Assembly: GCA_016866975.1 (NCBI GenBank) | Contig: VGKP01000006.1 | Location: 1-44,665, forward strand | From: Candidatus Pacearchaeota archaeon | GTDB taxonomy: Archaea; Nanobdellota; Nanobdellia; Pacearchaeales; GW2011-AR1 | Length of the DNA: 44,665 bases | Direction of reading: 5' to 3' | Shown here: piece after piece, positions 27,127 to 35,810 of the stretch | Position numbering within the stretch: position 1 is the first letter of the stretch | How the letters are laid out: every line of letters begins with the position of its first letter | Made by a program: the position numbers and the translations under genes | Notes under the pieces: model-generated | The model's database searches: none | What the model saw: only the letters and a program-made list of their open reading frames with translations | Told to the model about the DNA's origin: nothing

Positions 27127-28602
27127 TTATCGAGTTATTTTAAATCCTTCTTTGAATCCCTTATCTCCAACCCAATTTACCTTGGGACCACAATCACCTA
27201 ATGCCGTGCAGACCTCAGATCTCTGTCTCTGCCAAGTCTCTGCCAGGCATTCACATCCGCTCTTGCAAGTCTTTCCACCAAATACTCCTTTCTCGTAAGT
27301 TACTTGGCAGACTGCATTTGCTTGTGAGCATACATTCAACGCATCACTTCCTTCCCAGAATTTCAGTCCAGGAGAATTTCTAGGCACACACGCCCCATCC
27401 GTGGAATTTCCAAATGCTATTCCTGGCTTCCAGATGCAGTCTCTTATATCTATATTTTGACAATCTTGTTTCTCAGTTTGAGTTATACAGTCTTGCCATC
27501 TGTTGACCTTACACGCTGCTTGTAGAAAAGGTCCTGTAGACGTCTGAATACTGTCTTCTATGCATTCTTGTTGCCTAAAATCATCACATTGCTCAACAAT
27601 CTCTTCTCCATTAATGCACAAGTGTTTCGTGAACCTGCTCCCTACAGAATTACTTCCTTGATTTATTGTGCCTTTGTCAGATGAAATGCACCAAGATTCA
27701 CCATGTTTTCTGGGACCTTTAGATGTAGAAGCACAGTTCAAGTCAGCACATACATATGATAATCCGGTGTTCTTTTTAGATTGCCTGCAATAGCTTCCGG
27801 ATAGATAGTTGCAGTTTCCACAGCTTACCGAATTGCTGTTTGGTGATCCTGGATTACAAGACTCTGACTTTGTCTTCACATTTGTCCAATATTCAGGATT
27901 GTTTGCTTTTGAAGAGTCATAAATGTTTGCAGGATTTCCACAGGTGTCAAGGAAGTATACTTCATCTTTTCCAGGGGCGCAAGTAGTCTTTGTCGATTGG
28001 CCGCAATTTGTTCCAAGAGTAGGCGCCGAGCATAATAAATTCTTGAAGAATTGTCCTTTTACAGATGACCCATTCACTCCCGCCCCACATTCCTCTCTAG
28101 TTGTGAATTTACATGTTCTTGTGAACTCTAAATCATATACACATGCGCCTCTATCTTGGTTCTGCACCGAAAGTATGCATTGCTCCTCACTGGCTATGTT
28201 TTTCTTGAAGTTTGTTTGCAAGCCATATAATGAAGAGAGCCTTTTGCACCTCACTAAAGAAACAAATGCTGCTTGGTCTCCTAGAACACAACATCCAGCA
28301 TTGCACTGAGGCGGAGCAGACTCATTCCATACTCCTCCTGCAACATTGCACGCAAGTTTAGGAGTATTATCAGTACAAATACCTTCTTTTCCATCATAAC
28401 ATGTACCTAGCCTGCAGAAACTTGTCGAGTCGCATGCTGTAGGAGCTTGTGCAGATCCGGCAGCGCATTCACTTGCAGCCACATTTTGGCAATAGAGATT
28501 ATTTTTTGTCTTTTCACAGCACACAGTAGGCTCTACTGCGCTTACAATTCCAATTAGACCAAAGCAGACTGCTATTGCCAATATCATCATTATCTTATTC
28601 AT
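27127..28602 (-). CDS. Secreted Cys-rich protein (about 44 Cys), homologous to the N-half of the 1273-aa protein
   Basis: Sec signal; shared GTCxD, GCCxL, CGNxxNIYD, CGNC, ExWC and LGDCG motifs; ATGA-coupled to the upstream gene. Confidence 0.85.
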   Translation of the reverse strand: MNKIMMILAIAVCFGLIGIVSAVEPTVCCEKTKNNLYCQNVAASECAAGSAQAPTACDSTSFCRLGTCYDGKEGICTDNTPKLACNVAGGVWNESAPPQCNAGCCVLGDQAAFVSLVRCKRLSSLYGLQTNFKKNIASEEQCILSVQNQDRGACVYDLEFTRTCKFTTREECGAGVNGSSVKGQFFKNLLCSAPTLGTNCGQSTKTTCAPGKDEVYFLDTCGNPANIYDSSKANNPEYWTNVKTKSESCNPGSPNSNSVSCGNCNYLSGSYCRQSKKNTGLSYVCADLNCASTSKGPRKHGESWCISSDKGTINQGSNSVGSRFTKHLCINGEEIVEQCDDFRQQECIEDSIQTSTGPFLQAACKVNRWQDCITQTEKQDCQNIDIRDCIWKPGIAFGNSTDGACVPRNSPGLKFWEGSDALNVCSQANAVCQVTYEKGVFGGKTCKSGCECLAETWQRQRSEVCTALGDCGPKVNWVGDKGFKEGFKITR

Positions 28603-29396
28603 ATTCCATATCCCGGAGGCCATACCAAGCTTCTTGAAGCAAACTGGAACCTCTCATTAGACGTCAAACTTGATACTCTATATATCTTTATACCGTTAGG
28701 AATTTTAATCTTTTCTATCTTAAGGTTCGGATAGGCATTTATGAAATCAGTTGTTTCAGAATCTCCAAATGTCGATTCATAATTGACTATGCTCTCCCCT
28801 ATGATTAATAGTTCATAAGCTTCGCTCTTTATAGAAAGGTCAAATCTGTCGAAGCTCTGCGTTCCTTCTTTTCTGATAGTCAATGGAGACACAATAGCTA
28901 CCGCTATCTTTCCAGGAACAATATCTATAGATGTTTTTGAACTAGAACTGGATACTTCATATCCTCTTTTTCTATATTCATTGATCAGGGAATCTAGACA
29001 AGACTTTGATTTCTCAGAGGTCCTTTCAGCAAGCTCTCTCTCCACTTGGGATTTTATCATTGGCTTCTGGACAGTACATGTCTTGTAGTTCTCAGAAGTA
29101 TAGCATAGGTAAGATATCTTATCTCCCTCATATTCAACACTGCTTTCAGGTATGATAGCACCTCCCTGTTTTAACTGCGTGGATAATGTAGAAGTTATAT
29201 GGGGCTCAATACAGGAGGTGAGATAGCTATGGGGTGACAACGCTTCCCCTCCTATTATAGAAAGCGACCCTCTGTTCAACATAAGCAATATTACTGCTAT
29301 GACAACAAGGATTGCGATGATGATAATTATCGCCATTTGCCCTCTTTTCTGCATCACCAAAAAAGTACAGTCTTGTTTATAAGTGTTCCGTTTCAT
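28599..29396 (-). CDS. Pilin-like protein with class III signal (alternative start 29354)
   Basis: KRG/QMAIIIIIAILVVIA; paralogue of 33211-33996 (SC.E, QGG...P, YLC, C..Q.P). Confidence 0.8.
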   Translation of the reverse strand: MKRNTYKQDCTFLVMQKRGQMAIIIIIAILVVIAVILLMLNRGSLSIIGGEALSPHSYLTSCIEPHITSTLSTQLKQGGAIIPESSVEYEGDKISYLCYTSENYKTCTVQKPMIKSQVERELAERTSEKSKSCLDSLINEYRKRGYEVSSSSSKTSIDIVPGKIAVAIVSPLTIRKEGTQSFDRFDLSIKSEAYELLIIGESIVNYESTFGDSETTDFINAYPNLKIEKIKIPNGIKIYRVSSLTSNERFQFASRSLVWPPGYGI

Positions 29397-32300
29397 ATGA
29401 CTCCTTCTTGTATGACTGCGCTACAGCTTCCAGCTACCTTTCCAAACTTGTTTTTGCATTTTATGTAAGATACTTTGCCTCGAGGCATAGGCAAGGTATG
29501 CTCAAGGGAGCTTCCAGACATTTCAGTGCCATTCTTGTAGTCAAAGAAGCATGCTTCAGCATCATTTGTGCTAAGACTGCAACTTCCTTTTTTCTCAGTT
29601 ATCACATGAAGCACACCGTTCTTATTATATATTCTCGTTACTGCAGGAGGTGTAGCATCTATCTTTATTTCAAATTCAGTGCTGCCTTCAGCTATATTCC
29701 CTATCGGATCTTCACACACTATAGGCAAAGTAATCTTTCCAGAGTATAGGTAAGTTAGTAACTTGCTATGCTTGGAAGAAAAAGTCTCAGTAAACGCGTC
29801 CTTAGTGCCTTTATAATTAAGGAAACATTGTGCGCTTCCATCCAGCCCCCCAGAAGTCATAGCTTCGAGTTTTACCGTAGCAGGTTCACTTTCTGCGTCT
29901 ATTACAATTCCAGATACAGGCTTTATGCTATCTATTTTCAAAGGCGCAGAGACTTTATTCAGATTAAACTTGTAGCTCTCAGTCATATCATTTCTCTTCA
30001 CAGCACTGTCTCCTGTATGCCAAGGTTGATCTCTGCATCTCACAAAATATTGGTTCTCCATATTTGGGGTAGGTAATGTGGCGTTGCATACAAATCCATT
30101 TATGCTATAGTCTTCAATCTCGTTTGCACAATCGAATTCATTTTTCATGCCGTCATAATTTCCATCAGTAGTATCCCATTTGCAATCGGCAGGCTCACTC
30201 GTGAAAATCAAGACTTTCTTATCCGTTGCACCATATTTTATCTTTTCCAGCGAAGGTTCTCTTCCAACGACTTTCGGAGGAGTGGTGTCTGGTCCTTGTT
30301 TTACACAGAAGTCTACTGTAAATGCTCTTGAGTTCTTATTTCCATTTTTGTCTTGGCAGAAAAGATGCAGTTGAATGTCTATTTTTGCTGTTGGATCAAA
30401 ATCAGGTAATCCAAGGCTCTCAAGATTAGGTATCGATATAGGTAAAGTATGGTTTCTCACAAACAAGTTTGTACCAACATCTTCCATATTTTCCCATGTA
30501 TCAGCCCTGTCATTACTCATCTTACATTGTGCAACTTCATTAGTATCAAACTTTAGATTAATTATATTATATGTTTCCGCAATACATTCTTCGTTTCCTT
30601 TTATATGCACTCCATAATCTCTCAATTCATATGTATAAGGAGAAGGAGCTATGCTTCTTGCATTTATTACTGGAGAAGCTACATCTTCTGGAGAGACATC
30701 TACACACTCCCCATATCCCTTTTCACTTGTTCCTTCATTAATGAGTTCGCAGGTCTGTCCTAAAGACTCGCACGCTGACCTTGTACAAGGCAGCCCATCG
30801 CTTCCACACTTTGCACAGTTCTTTCCTCCAAGAGGCGGCTGCCATGGCTTGCATGTGAATGTCACGTCTTTTGTTTTTGCTTTGCCAATTCCAAGAATCT
30901 TAAGAATGACAATGATAATTATCACTACTACGATTATTGCAACTCCAATGGCGGCAACACTCGCTGCAGGACCTAGTCCAGCACCTATGCCTGCTCCTCC
31001 TGCTCCAAATGTGCCACCCGTACCTATTGTTCCACCCAATGCTCCAAATCCAGCTATCCCTCCTCCTAATGTTCCCAATGCCAATAGACCATATGTTGCT
31101 GCTGGAGGCAATCCTCTTCCTATTCCAGTCCAGCTTATTAGGAACGATGTCAATGCAAATCCAATTGCAGCACCTGCAAGTGCGCCGCCATAAGGTGCTA
31201 GTGTCGTACCAGATGGAGCAGCGATAATTCCTTCTCTAATCACCTCTCCTGCAGCATTATAAATTGGTACAGTGCCAATTTGAACAAACGTGGATGTCGA
31301 ACCTGCAAGAGGACCCAAGGCAGCCGCACCAATCGAGGTGTGTGCAATCATGGGCAGCAATGTTCCTACTGCTCCAGCTATCATGCTTCCGGATTTCAAT
31401 GTTCCTGCTGTTTCATCTTCAGGGACTTCAGCATTTCCAATATCTTCTGGATATCCAATCGACTCAAAATATCCTTTCAAGGTAGGAGACAGGGCAAATT
31501 GTCCAGGATAATTTCTTTCAGATGCATAACGGGATATCCCTGAGAGATAACTGTTCCCAAGCTCAGGAGCATTCACAACTTTGTAGCTTTTTGACATGTC
31601 ACCTAAGTAATTTACTTGTGCTCCACAATCTCCCAAGCTCATGCACAAGTCATTTAATTGTTGGGTAAATTCCTCCTCGACACAACCTTCATTTACTTTC
31701 TTACTTTTAAACAATCCTTTTACTTTGACATATTTGCATGAAATAGTGCCCATCGAGCAACGGTTTTCATTCACTGAATCATCTCTGCTGAACCCAGGCT
31801 TGTATTTTGGGACACACACATCAAACTTGAATTTACTATCTACATCGACATGCTTTACAAAACAGAAAACATTCTTCTCACAATTTCCAATATCTTCCTC
31901 AGTCTTTAAAGGATTCATCTTAAGACAAAGAGAAGATGGATTTGGGAGACACTGAGCTGATGAGAAAGTTCCTCCATTCGAAGTCTGGACTTCACTGGCT
32001 GTACATATAGAATTCCTATTGCTACCGCATACCTCCGATACTATCTCTCCATTTTGGCAAGATTGTAAGAAATGAGAACTGCCTGGAGTGTCAATAGATC
32101 TCTGTCCATCGAAGCCTATTGCTCCTTGATATCTGCACCATCTCTCTCCATTCACTCTCTTTTTGCCGTTTTCATCTATACAGGAAGCATCTCTGCATAC
32201 ATATTCCATGTTAGAGTCTACAAGTGTTTGTGTGCTAGTCTTTTTTCCGCATACGCTTCCAAGTATAGGGGCACAATTTCCACATGTCTTTTGCTTATCT

Positions 32301-33214
32301 TTGAAACTGGGATCAGTCGGAGAAGGCAATTGGCAGCTTTGCGAAGCACTTACTATCTTGCCTTCCTGCCTTAATTTGGCTTTGTTGTTGAAATCATATA
32401 TATTTTCTTTATTTCCACAACTATCAAACCAATAAATAGCATCTTCTCCATTCTCAGTCTTGTCACACTTAGTTGTCTCCTGAGGCAGGCATCTAGTGTT
32501 TAAGGAAGGATTTGAACAAAGCACTTTGGAGTAGAATTTGCCGCCTTTTGTTTTGCATGTCTGTTCATTTGATACAATGCAATCATTGAATGGTTTTTTT
32601 TCGAAAAGGCAGGCTCCTTCAACATTACTTGTCCTTAAGACTAAGCAAGCAGGTTGGGTAGTGACCTCTCTCCTGAAATCTTTCTTAATCCCCGCAGCCT
32701 GTGATATTAAGGTACATTCTTGTTCATTGATAAACTCAGGATTTCCGTTTAACATGCAACATCCTTTCATACATTGAGGGATTGTCCCTTGCACATTATC
32801 ATACCATTGCCCTGATTTTTCATCACATGTCTGCTTCGCAGTCCTTATGCTACAGCTACCGTGCCTTGTATCTACACAGGTTCCAAATGAGCATGCATGG
32901 ATTCCACTAGTCATAGTAGAAATACAGGACACTGCACATTTACTTGGGCATTCCGCAGTCAAGAATACTGAACATATGTCTCCAGTCTTGGTTTTAGGAC
33001 AGTAAGAAGATGATGTGTCGGGTTCTGCAGAGACCAATGGGATGTCAGGCATCAACCACTTCCAGATTAGGCTAATCATCTCACCTAATGTGTTGTCTTT
33101 GCTCGTAATAATTGCAGAATTGGATTCCATCCCACTTCTCAACAGGAAGGAAAAAGCAAATATACTTGATACAAGTAAGAATATTTGGAAAAAGACTTTA
33201 ATGTGTTTTATCAT
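29393..33214 (-). CDS. 1273-aa giant Cys-rich surface protein with central glycine-zipper hydrophobic region
   Basis: N-terminal hydrophobic anchor, Cys-rich N-half, Gly/Ala-rich segment at about 30885-31386, C-half with DTTPP-bounded repeats. Confidence 0.88.
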   Translation of the reverse strand: MIKHIKVFFQIFLLVSSIFAFSFLLRSGMESNSAIITSKDNTLGEMISLIWKWLMPDIPLVSAEPDTSSSYCPKTKTGDICSVFLTAECPSKCAVSCISTMTSGIHACSFGTCVDTRHGSCSIRTAKQTCDEKSGQWYDNVQGTIPQCMKGCCMLNGNPEFINEQECTLISQAAGIKKDFRREVTTQPACLVLRTSNVEGACLFEKKPFNDCIVSNEQTCKTKGGKFYSKVLCSNPSLNTRCLPQETTKCDKTENGEDAIYWFDSCGNKENIYDFNNKAKLRQEGKIVSASQSCQLPSPTDPSFKDKQKTCGNCAPILGSVCGKKTSTQTLVDSNMEYVCRDASCIDENGKKRVNGERWCRYQGAIGFDGQRSIDTPGSSHFLQSCQNGEIVSEVCGSNRNSICTASEVQTSNGGTFSSAQCLPNPSSLCLKMNPLKTEEDIGNCEKNVFCFVKHVDVDSKFKFDVCVPKYKPGFSRDDSVNENRCSMGTISCKYVKVKGLFKSKKVNEGCVEEEFTQQLNDLCMSLGDCGAQVNYLGDMSKSYKVVNAPELGNSYLSGISRYASERNYPGQFALSPTLKGYFESIGYPEDIGNAEVPEDETAGTLKSGSMIAGAVGTLLPMIAHTSIGAAALGPLAGSTSTFVQIGTVPIYNAAGEVIREGIIAAPSGTTLAPYGGALAGAAIGFALTSFLISWTGIGRGLPPAATYGLLALGTLGGGIAGFGALGGTIGTGGTFGAGGAGIGAGLGPAASVAAIGVAIIVVVIIIIVILKILGIGKAKTKDVTFTCKPWQPPLGGKNCAKCGSDGLPCTRSACESLGQTCELINEGTSEKGYGECVDVSPEDVASPVINARSIAPSPYTYELRDYGVHIKGNEECIAETYNIINLKFDTNEVAQCKMSNDRADTWENMEDVGTNLFVRNHTLPISIPNLESLGLPDFDPTAKIDIQLHLFCQDKNGNKNSRAFTVDFCVKQGPDTTPPKVVGREPSLEKIKYGATDKKVLIFTSEPADCKWDTTDGNYDGMKNEFDCANEIEDYSINGFVCNATLPTPNMENQYFVRCRDQPWHTGDSAVKRNDMTESYKFNLNKVSAPLKIDSIKPVSGIVIDAESEPATVKLEAMTSGGLDGSAQCFLNYKGTKDAFTETFSSKHSKLLTYLYSGKITLPIVCEDPIGNIAEGSTEFEIKIDATPPAVTRIYNKNGVLHVITEKKGSCSLSTNDAEACFFDYKNGTEMSGSSLEHTLPMPRGKVSYIKCKNKFGKVAGSCSAVIQEGVI

Positions 33215-33996
33215 TCTCCCTCCTCACCTAAAGTATATGGGACAACACAACTCCTTACGGCGATCCATAACTCTTTCTTACTTTTAACATCTTGTATCTG
33301 GTATATAACGCTTTCATCTGACATAACTTGTTTCTTTATCATATATTCAGGAGATAAGATGGAATAACCAAGAGTATCAAAATGACAATATCTGGCCTCT
33401 TGGTTTGCTATTTCTATTGCCACACTACCAAGATTAAAAAGAGGATGAGAAACCTGGACTGGGAAATCGAGGACAGTCAGACTTTTTTCACCTTTTTTCA
33501 TTATCATCTCTCGCGTCAGATTTACATATATCTTTCCTTTTCCCCAGTATAAATTAACCTGTTGCGGTCCAAGTTCTACATCAGTGGACCTTCTCTCATA
33601 CTCTATCTCTAATCCTCTGAAACATCCATCAACTTTATTCTTTATATTATCTTCAATAGTAGCTCTCATCTCTTCAAGGAATAAAGGGTGTTGTTGAATA
33701 CAAGGTACATACGACCCAGGGTTCTTGCAGAGGTATTCTACTTTGACATTCTTATATAATATATAATTTGAAGGATTTACAAAACCTCCCTGAGGCATTA
33801 TTTTCTGAGTTATCTCTTCTAATCCTTCCTCCACACAACTCTCTATGGCAGAACCTGGATGCGATATTGATTGGTCGTCTACTTTTATTTTTCTTCCAGT
33901 ATATGCAAAGACTAATAAAGCTGTTACAAAAAGTACAGCAAGGATTATCCACAGAGTCATCTGGCCCTTTTTCTTCATTTTATCTCTTTTTATCAT
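33211..33996 (-). CDS. Pilin-like protein with class III signal
   Basis: KKKG/QMTLWIILAVLFV; GGAGG before the ATG at 33996; ATGA-coupled to the giant gene. Confidence 0.82.
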   Translation of the reverse strand: MIKRDKMKKKGQMTLWIILAVLFVTALLVFAYTGRKIKVDDQSISHPGSAIESCVEEGLEEITQKIMPQGGFVNPSNYILYKNVKVEYLCKNPGSYVPCIQQHPLFLEEMRATIEDNIKNKVDGCFRGLEIEYERRSTDVELGPQQVNLYWGKGKIYVNLTREMIMKKGEKSLTVLDFPVQVSHPLFNLGSVAIEIANQEARYCHFDTLGYSILSPEYMIKKQVMSDESVIYQIQDVKSKKELWIAVRSCVVPYTLGEEGE

Positions 33997-34048
33997 TCTT
34001 TCTCTCCTCCTCGACAACTAATATCCTCTTTTCTGCATCAAATTTTAT

Positions 34049-34166
34049 GTCGGGAACCGATGAAAACCACACCTTTCAAGGTGTGGTGGTTCCCGAGCAT
34101 CTCCAAAAACGAGCGCCTGCAACAAACCTCGGCTTAAAAGCCGAGGTGGCGCATCGTTTTTGTGAT
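34049..34166 (+). mobile_element. 118-nt structured mini-element, copy 2
   Basis: 3' of TTTAT; ends in TGAT; shares AAAAACGAGCGCCTGCAACAAAC and TGGCGCATCGTTTTT with copy 1; stems covary. Confidence 0.85.
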
Positions 34167-34275
34167 AATAATTTTGCTGCCTGGTTTCAAGGATAAAGTA
34201 TCCACTATTGCCTTAGGTATCTTTATCCTTTCACCTTTTTGTACTTTCCCGCCTCGAAATATTGTCTCAGCCATT

Positions 34276-34313
34276 GTACTTTAAAAGTACTTATTTATAC
34301 TTTTAAAAGTATA
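34276..34313. promoter_or_regulatory. Tandem palindromes in a divergent intergenic region
   Basis: GTACTTTAAAAGTAC (34276-34290) and the perfect 18-bp palindrome TATACTTTTAAAAGTATA (34296-34313). Confidence 0.45.
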
Positions 34314-34372
34314 TAAATCTGTCTGTATACAATCACCATCTTATTTAAATAAAATCTTATTTTATTCGACAT

Positions 34373-34915
34373 ATGGATAAATCTAATCTCGGTCTAGTTC
34401 AAGTCTTCTGGGGAAATGGAAAAGGAAAGACAACATCTGCATTGGGTACTGCACTGAGAGCTTGCGGTAATGGATATACCGTACATCTTGTGCAGTTTAT
34501 GAAGAATGGCACAGGGGATCCAGAGATAGACTATCCTGGAGAACTAAAAGCACTTGAAAAATTCTCATCTTTTTCATTCAAACGTTTCGGCACAGGCTCA
34601 TGGGTGATTGGAAAGCCAAACCAACAACACATAGAAAAAGTCAAGGAAGCTTACGATTATCTCTTGTCATGTTTAGGAAATTATGATATAATCATAGCAG
34701 ATGAGATTTTATATGCTGTCCAGCTTGGCCTTCTTCAAGAACAGGACATTATCTCCTTAATTGAGAAGAGACCAAAGCAACAAGAGCTTATTATCACCGG
34801 GTCTCATATTCCTTTTCCCGCGATATTTGACAGATCGGACCTAGTCACAGAAATCAAGAAACACAAGCACCCTTATGATTCGGGAATCATGGCCAGGAAG
34901 GGTCTGGAGTATTAA
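34373..34915 (+). CDS. cobO: Cob(I)alamin adenosyltransferase, CobO/BtuR type
   Basis: GLVQVFWGNGKGKTTSALG, VQFMK, DEI, ELIITG, KHPYDSG. Confidence 0.92.
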   Translation: MDKSNLGLVQVFWGNGKGKTTSALGTALRACGNGYTVHLVQFMKNGTGDPEIDYPGELKALEKFSSFSFKRFGTGSWVIGKPNQQHIEKVKEAYDYLLSCLGNYDIIIADEILYAVQLGLLQEQDIISLIEKRPKQQELIITGSHIPFPAIFDRSDLVTEIKKHKHPYDSGIMARKGLEY

Positions 34916-34920
34916 GTAGA

Positions 34921-35640
34921 TTATGCCTCAAATTCCACTTCTTTCTTCGTCTCTTTACCATCTGATTTCAATATTCTGATAATAGTGCCTTTTCTTTTTG
35001 CTTGTTCTCTAATTTGGACAGGATCGCTCACTCCTTTTGGAAGGGTAATCTCTTTAATAGAAAGTGTATGTCTTATAGATGATTCAATGAAATCTTTACA
35101 ATCGAAGAAAAGGTCATCAATTATTCCTCTTTGATTTGTTTTTACCGTGCAGAAATCTGCAGAGACTTCTTTGTCACCCCCAGAAGAAGGCTTGGCACTT
35201 TTTGGTGCTTTAGCTTTTGTTTTTATCTGCGTATCTCCAGAGCTGAATGAGAGCGCGAAAAAAGCTCTTGGAAAAGAATCCATCAATTCTATCAAATTTT
35301 TAGCATCAGCTTGGCCCTCGATAACAACTTGTTTAATGCCCATAAACTGCTTTACTCTCTTCACGGTCTCATTTCCTAAAAGGATTTGTGCTCGAGTATG
35401 GACATCAAACGTCGATACAATGACTCCTGAAACTTGAATCCGTCCAGCTGACTTTTCCAAGCAATTCCTTACCAACGTATTGACGTACTCGGCACTTGTC
35501 TTGATCGTCCATCCTGTCTTAGATTTCTTGCCTTCCAGCAGGTACTTGTTCTCAAAAATACCTTTGCTGTATTTTATGAATTCCGCGTGCACACTTTCAT
35601 CCGTCTTTCCAGAGAATATCTTATATATTGTAGATTCCAT
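34921..35640 (-). CDS. Hypothetical basic cytoplasmic protein (start reassigned to MESTIY)
   Basis: Minus-strand TATA at 35669, 29 nt before the ATG at 35640. Confidence 0.7.
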   Translation of the reverse strand: MESTIYKIFSGKTDESVHAEFIKYSKGIFENKYLLEGKKSKTGWTIKTSAEYVNTLVRNCLEKSAGRIQVSGVIVSTFDVHTRAQILLGNETVKRVKQFMGIKQVVIEGQADAKNLIELMDSFPRAFFALSFSSGDTQIKTKAKAPKSAKPSSGGDKEVSADFCTVKTNQRGIIDDLFFDCKDFIESSIRHTLSIKEITLPKGVSDPVQIREQAKRKGTIIRILKSDGKETKKEVEFEA

Positions 35641-35810
35641 CATCAATTTTAAGGAAATGACTTTATAAATTATTACATTTTGAGCCAAAGGAAGTTGAGA
35701 ATATTTGCTCAAAATGTAATTAGAGAACAATCAATTAAATTTATCCTAATACATGAAAAGCATTCACTCTAGAGTGAAAGTTTATATACTAATCACGATA
35801 TTAAAAGGGC

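Noticed and set aside
30651-31543. Pro-rich plus-strand ORFs (e.g. 30651-31193)
   Set aside because: Antisense shadows of the Gly/Ala codons of the 1273-aa gene.
33768-34196. 142-aa plus-strand ORF
   Set aside because: Antisense to the pilin gene and runs through the mini-element.
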